This document shows positions 60,610 to 64,000 of a DNA stretch of 64,000 nt, one piece after another. Numbering within the stretch: the stretch's first letter is position 1; each line of letters opens with the position of its first letter. The translations under genes were made by a program, and so were the position numbers. This DNA comes from Nitrospiraceae bacterium. Its GTDB lineage: Bacteria > Nitrospirota > Nitrospiria > Nitrospirales > Nitrospiraceae. Below the pieces are notes generated by a model, which did not search any database, was not told the DNA's origin, and saw nothing but the letters and a program-made list of their open reading frames with translations. Location of the stretch: assembly GCA_050246315.1 (NCBI GenBank), contig JBFWWG010000001.1:1-64000 (forward strand), given 5' to 3'.

Positions 60610-60911
60610 TGACCTTCCCCCGTTTATTAGATACCCACGCCCGGAAGGGCGTGGGTATCTAACTGGCGCAGCCTCCTCACATCACTGATTTCGAGCCTGG
60701 CGTATTTCGCGCGCCACTTATAAGAGGTGGCATCCGAGATGCCATGCTTGCGGCAGAGCTCGTGGACCCCGATGCCCGCTTGGGCGTCCTTGAGCACTGT
60801 GATGATCTGTTCTTCCGTGTGCCGCTTCCGTGTCATGGCCCCCTCCTGTGAGGCCCATCTCAGCACAGTGGCACTTCCAAGCCAATGGTCTCGTTTTCAG
60901 GGGGAAGGTCC
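60610..60911 (-). mobile_element. Internally deleted IS3-family element with both ends and truncated orfA
   Basis: IRs tgaccttccccc / gggggaaggtcc; OrfA MTRKRHTEEQII..LK......ELCRKHGISDAT.YKWRAKY..LE.SDVRRLRQL; no orfB. Confidence 0.85.
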
Positions 60912-61096
60912 GCTCGGCCCGTCGTTCCCGCTCCGCCAAGAGAAATATTCACACCTGCCACCAGGACATCTACCAGCCATGTCTCGATGGGCTTTGACCC
61001 AGGCTTATTCTTCCATGCCATCGACACATGACAACTATCGTCAATTGGCGGGAACGCTACAAGAGAGAACTCCTGCTGTCCAGAGACACGTTCGGA

Positions 61097-61969
61097 TTAC
61101 GCCAGACCGGCGAGGTCAATCCCGGCCCTTGTCACGGTCGCCGCGACCTTGGCCAGGAAATCCAGATTCAGCGTCTCCACCGTATCGGTCGGCTGGTGGT
61201 AGTTCGGATTGCGGAAGTTCGCCGTGTCGGTGAGCATGACGGCGGGAAAGCCATAACTCCAGAACGACGCATGGTCGCTCCTGCGCGTGTCGGGAAACTG
61301 CTCCCCCTGTCCTGGCACCACCAGCGGGATGGCCCGGAGCGGCACGGCCGCCTGCTGCCCCGCTTGTACGATTGCCTCTACGAGCGCTTTGGCTGGCTCG
61401 TTGCCTACCACGCCCAGGAAATCGCCGACCGCCGGTAGCTTCATTGGAATCGGTGGCTGCGTTTGCGATCCCTCTGTCTGGGAGGCGAACCCGACACATT
61501 CCAACACGATCGCCCCTTGGATGTCGCGGCCCTGTTTCCGTAAATAAGCCGCGTAGGCGCGACTCCCCAGCAGGTTCCACTCTTCGAGGCCAAACCCGAT
61601 GAAGTGCACCGGACGAGCCAGTGAGACTTTCGCAAGCTGCTCCGCCGCCTCGAGCATGACGGCCAGGCCGCTCGCATTATCGTCAGCGCCCGGCGATCCA
61701 GCGACGGTATCGTAATGGGCGCCGATCAGGAGCGGCGGGGCCTTCTTGTCCCGGACAGTCGGCAGTGAAGCCACGACGTTGTGGTAGGTGCCGCCGAGGG
61801 CACGAAATCCGTGCGTCTTGACCAGCAAGCCGGATCGCTGAAAGCTCGAGATGAGATACTGTTCGGCCTGCTGCAGGGCCGCCGGGGACCTGCGCGGATG
61901 CCGTTCGCCGACCAGTTGCCGGAGATGGGCCGAAAGGCGGGCCTGCACGTCGGATGCGAGCGGTGGCAC
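61097..61969 (-). CDS. M28-family peptidase
   Basis: IGAHYDT..PGADDNASG, LEE, RSDHASF, RNPNYH..TD. Confidence 0.92.
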   Translation of the reverse strand: MPPLASDVQARLSAHLRQLVGERHPRRSPAALQQAEQYLISSFQRSGLLVKTHGFRALGGTYHNVVASLPTVRDKKAPPLLIGAHYDTVAGSPGADDNASGLAVMLEAAEQLAKVSLARPVHFIGFGLEEWNLLGSRAYAAYLRKQGRDIQGAIVLECVGFASQTEGSQTQPPIPMKLPAVGDFLGVVGNEPAKALVEAIVQAGQQAAVPLRAIPLVVPGQGEQFPDTRRSDHASFWSYGFPAVMLTDTANFRNPNYHQPTDTVETLNLDFLAKVAATVTRAGIDLAGLA

Positions 61970-61981
61970 CTGGCTGGTCCG

Positions 61982-62872
61982 CTAGTTGACGATTTCGGTA
62001 CCGATACCCTTGTCGGTGAAGACTTCGAGGAGGATCGCGTGCGGGACACGGCCATCGATGATGTGGGCTTTTCTGACGCCGCCCTCCAGAGCGTCAAGGC
62101 AGGCATGAACCTTGGGCAACATGCCCTCTCCGATGACGCCCTTCTTGACCATCCGTTGCACGTCCTTGCGCGACACCGTGGAGAGATGCCGGCCGTTGGC
62201 GTCGCGGATGCCCTTGACATCAGTCAGCATCAGGAGTTTTTCCGCCCGCAGCGCGGCGGCGATCGAGCCGGCCACCAGGTCCGCGTTGATGTTGTAGGTG
62301 TTGCCCTCGTAATCCGTGCCGATCGGCGCAATGATCGGGATGTAGTGATCTTCTTGCAGCTTGTGCAACAGACTCGGATTGATCGTCTCGATGTCTCCCA
62401 CCAGACCGAAGTCTCCATCGGCCTCGCCGAGATCCTTTTCCAAACTTTCGGCCCAGGCCTTGGCGGTGAGCGGTTTGCTGAGGATGAGCCCGCCGTCCTT
62501 TCCGCTTAGTCCCACGGCGCTCCCGCCGTGACGGTTGATCAGATCGGTGATCTCCATGTTGATCTTGCCGGCCAGCACCATTTCTACGATTTCCATGGTG
62601 GCCGCGTCCGTCACCCGGACCCCATGCCGGAACTTGGCTTCGATCCCCAGCCGGTCGAGCATCTTGTCAATCTGCGGCCCGCCGCCGTGCACGATGACGG
62701 GATTCAACCCGACGTACTTTAAGAGCACTACGTCCTGGGCAAACCGCTCCTTCAAGGGTGCATCGGTCATGGCGTGACCGCCATACTTGATCACGACGGT
62801 CTTGCCACGAAATGTCCGGATATAGGGCAGCGCCTCCACCAGGACGTCAGCTTTCTTGATCAGTTTATTCAT
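61982..62872 (-). CDS. argB: Acetylglutamate kinase
   Basis: VIKYGGHAM, VHGGGPQI, NINAD, GMLPK. Confidence 0.98.
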   Translation of the reverse strand: MNKLIKKADVLVEALPYIRTFRGKTVVIKYGGHAMTDAPLKERFAQDVVLLKYVGLNPVIVHGGGPQIDKMLDRLGIEAKFRHGVRVTDAATMEIVEMVLAGKINMEITDLINRHGGSAVGLSGKDGGLILSKPLTAKAWAESLEKDLGEADGDFGLVGDIETINPSLLHKLQEDHYIPIIAPIGTDYEGNTYNINADLVAGSIAAALRAEKLLMLTDVKGIRDANGRHLSTVSRKDVQRMVKKGVIGEGMLPKVHACLDALEGGVRKAHIIDGRVPHAILLEVFTDKGIGTEIVN

Positions 62873-62978
62873 GTGCGGGCTCCGGTGTGCTGGCTCGTGG
62901 CCGACGGCCCACCGTCCAAGTCCGGATAGGATGAGGCGCGGCGTCTGAATGGCGGCATGCGTGGGCCGTATCGTCTGC

Positions 62979-64000
62979 TCACAGGATGTAGCGGCTCAAG
63001 TCCTGGTCCTTAACGACGCCCTGCAATCGGTCTTTCACATAGGCGGCATCGATCACAACCTGCCGGTTGGCCGCCTCGCCTCCGTCGAAGGAGACCTGTT
63101 CGAGCAACCGCTCCATGATCGTAAACAGGCGGCGGGCGCCGATATTCTCCGTACGATCGTTGACCTGTAAGGCCGTCGCGGCGATCTCTTCAAGCCCGTC
63201 GGCCGTAAACTCCAAGGCCACCCCCTCGGTCGCCAGCAGCGACTGGTATTGCCGCATCAGCGAGCCGCGCGGCTCCGTGAGGATCTTCACGAAATCGTCC
63301 TTGGTCAGGGCATCCAATTCCACCCTGATCGGAAACCGTCCCTGCAATTCTGGAATGAGGTCCGACGGCTTAGCGACGTGGAACGCACCCGCGGCAATGA
63401 ACAGAATGTGGTCGGTATGGACCGGACCGTATTTCGTATTCACGGTCGATCCCTCGACGATCGGCAACAGATCGCGCTGCACTCCCTCGCGAGAAATATC
63501 GGGGCCCGTGCTCCGCTCACGGCCCGCAATCTTGTCGATCTCGTCAAGAAACACGATGCCGGTTTGTTCCACCTTGGACACCGCTTCTCGGATCACTTCT
63601 TCCATGTCGATGATGCGCTGCGCCTCCTCTTGCGTGAGGTGTTTCAATGCATCCGGCACCTTCATCGTCCGCCTTTTCTTTTTTCCCGGAAACATGCCGC
63701 CGAGCATGTCGCGAAGATTGTTCTCCAGTTCTTCCATGCCTCCGGGACCGGACACGATTCCGATCGGAAGCCCCCGTTCTTTAACCTCCACTTCAACCGT
63801 TCGGTGATTGAGTTTCCCCTCACGCACTTGCAGCCTGAGCTTGGAGCGCGTGGCCTCCAGCGATTCGGCCGCAGGGGACGGCGTGCCGTCGGGATTCTCA
63901 GCGGCGAATCCCATGGAAGATTTCTGACCAGGCAGCAGGAGATCCAACAGCCGGTCCTCTCCCAATTGCTCGGCCTTCTGTCGAACTTCTTCCATATGTC
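62979..64000 (-). CDS. hslU: HslUV protease ATPase subunit (N-terminus beyond the window)
   Basis: [52 protein letters not shown]. Confidence 0.98.
   Translation of the reverse strand, partial: HMEEVRQKAEQLGEDRLLDLLLPGQKSSMGFAAENPDGTPSPAAESLEATRSKLRLQVREGKLNHRTVEVEVKERGLPIGIVSGPGGMEELENNLRDMLGGMFPGKKKRRTMKVPDALKHLTQEEAQRIIDMEEVIREAVSKVEQTGIVFLDEIDKIAGRERSTGPDISREGVQRDLLPIVEGSTVNTKYGPVHTDHILFIAAGAFHVAKPSDLIPELQGRFPIRVELDALTKDDFVKILTEPRGSLMRQYQSLLATEGVALEFTADGLEEIAATALQVNDRTENIGARRLFTIMERLLEQVSFDGGEAANRQVVIDAAYVKDRLQGVVKDQDLSRYIL

Overview
64 kb of GC-rich bacterial chromosome, very probably from a Nitrospira (nitrite-oxidiser). The window opens with the C-terminus of a Nitrospira-type NxrB and ends inside hslU. 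Most of it is housekeeping and envelope genes (gcvT, gcvP, phoX, mscL, msrA, rbsK, fabI, sdhA/frdA-like, purU, rimO, kdoO, argB, hslU, an OmpR-family two-component system with a DegP/DegQ protease). Accessory content: (i) a ~10 kb defence island (29.5-39.5 kb) holding a tightly coupled operon hsdM-hsdS-[RelE-like toxin + HTH antitoxin]-hsdR-radC, followed by arfB and higBA, with orphan antitoxins upstream; this RM with an embedded TA is the best candidate for an undescribed system; (ii) three families of CTAG/TAG-ended MITEs that often sit on gene stop codons, share an ERIC-like structured core and nest in each other; (iii) a sigma54-driven, secreted, Lys-rich tandem-repeat peptide; (iv) a decayed hybrid histidine kinase; (v) a cluster of toxin-antitoxin remnants with a mini-IS3 at 59.6-60.9 kb. 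Several genes look leaderless. No rRNA, tRNA or CRISPR array was recognised. All family assignments come from motif recognition by eye, not database searches.
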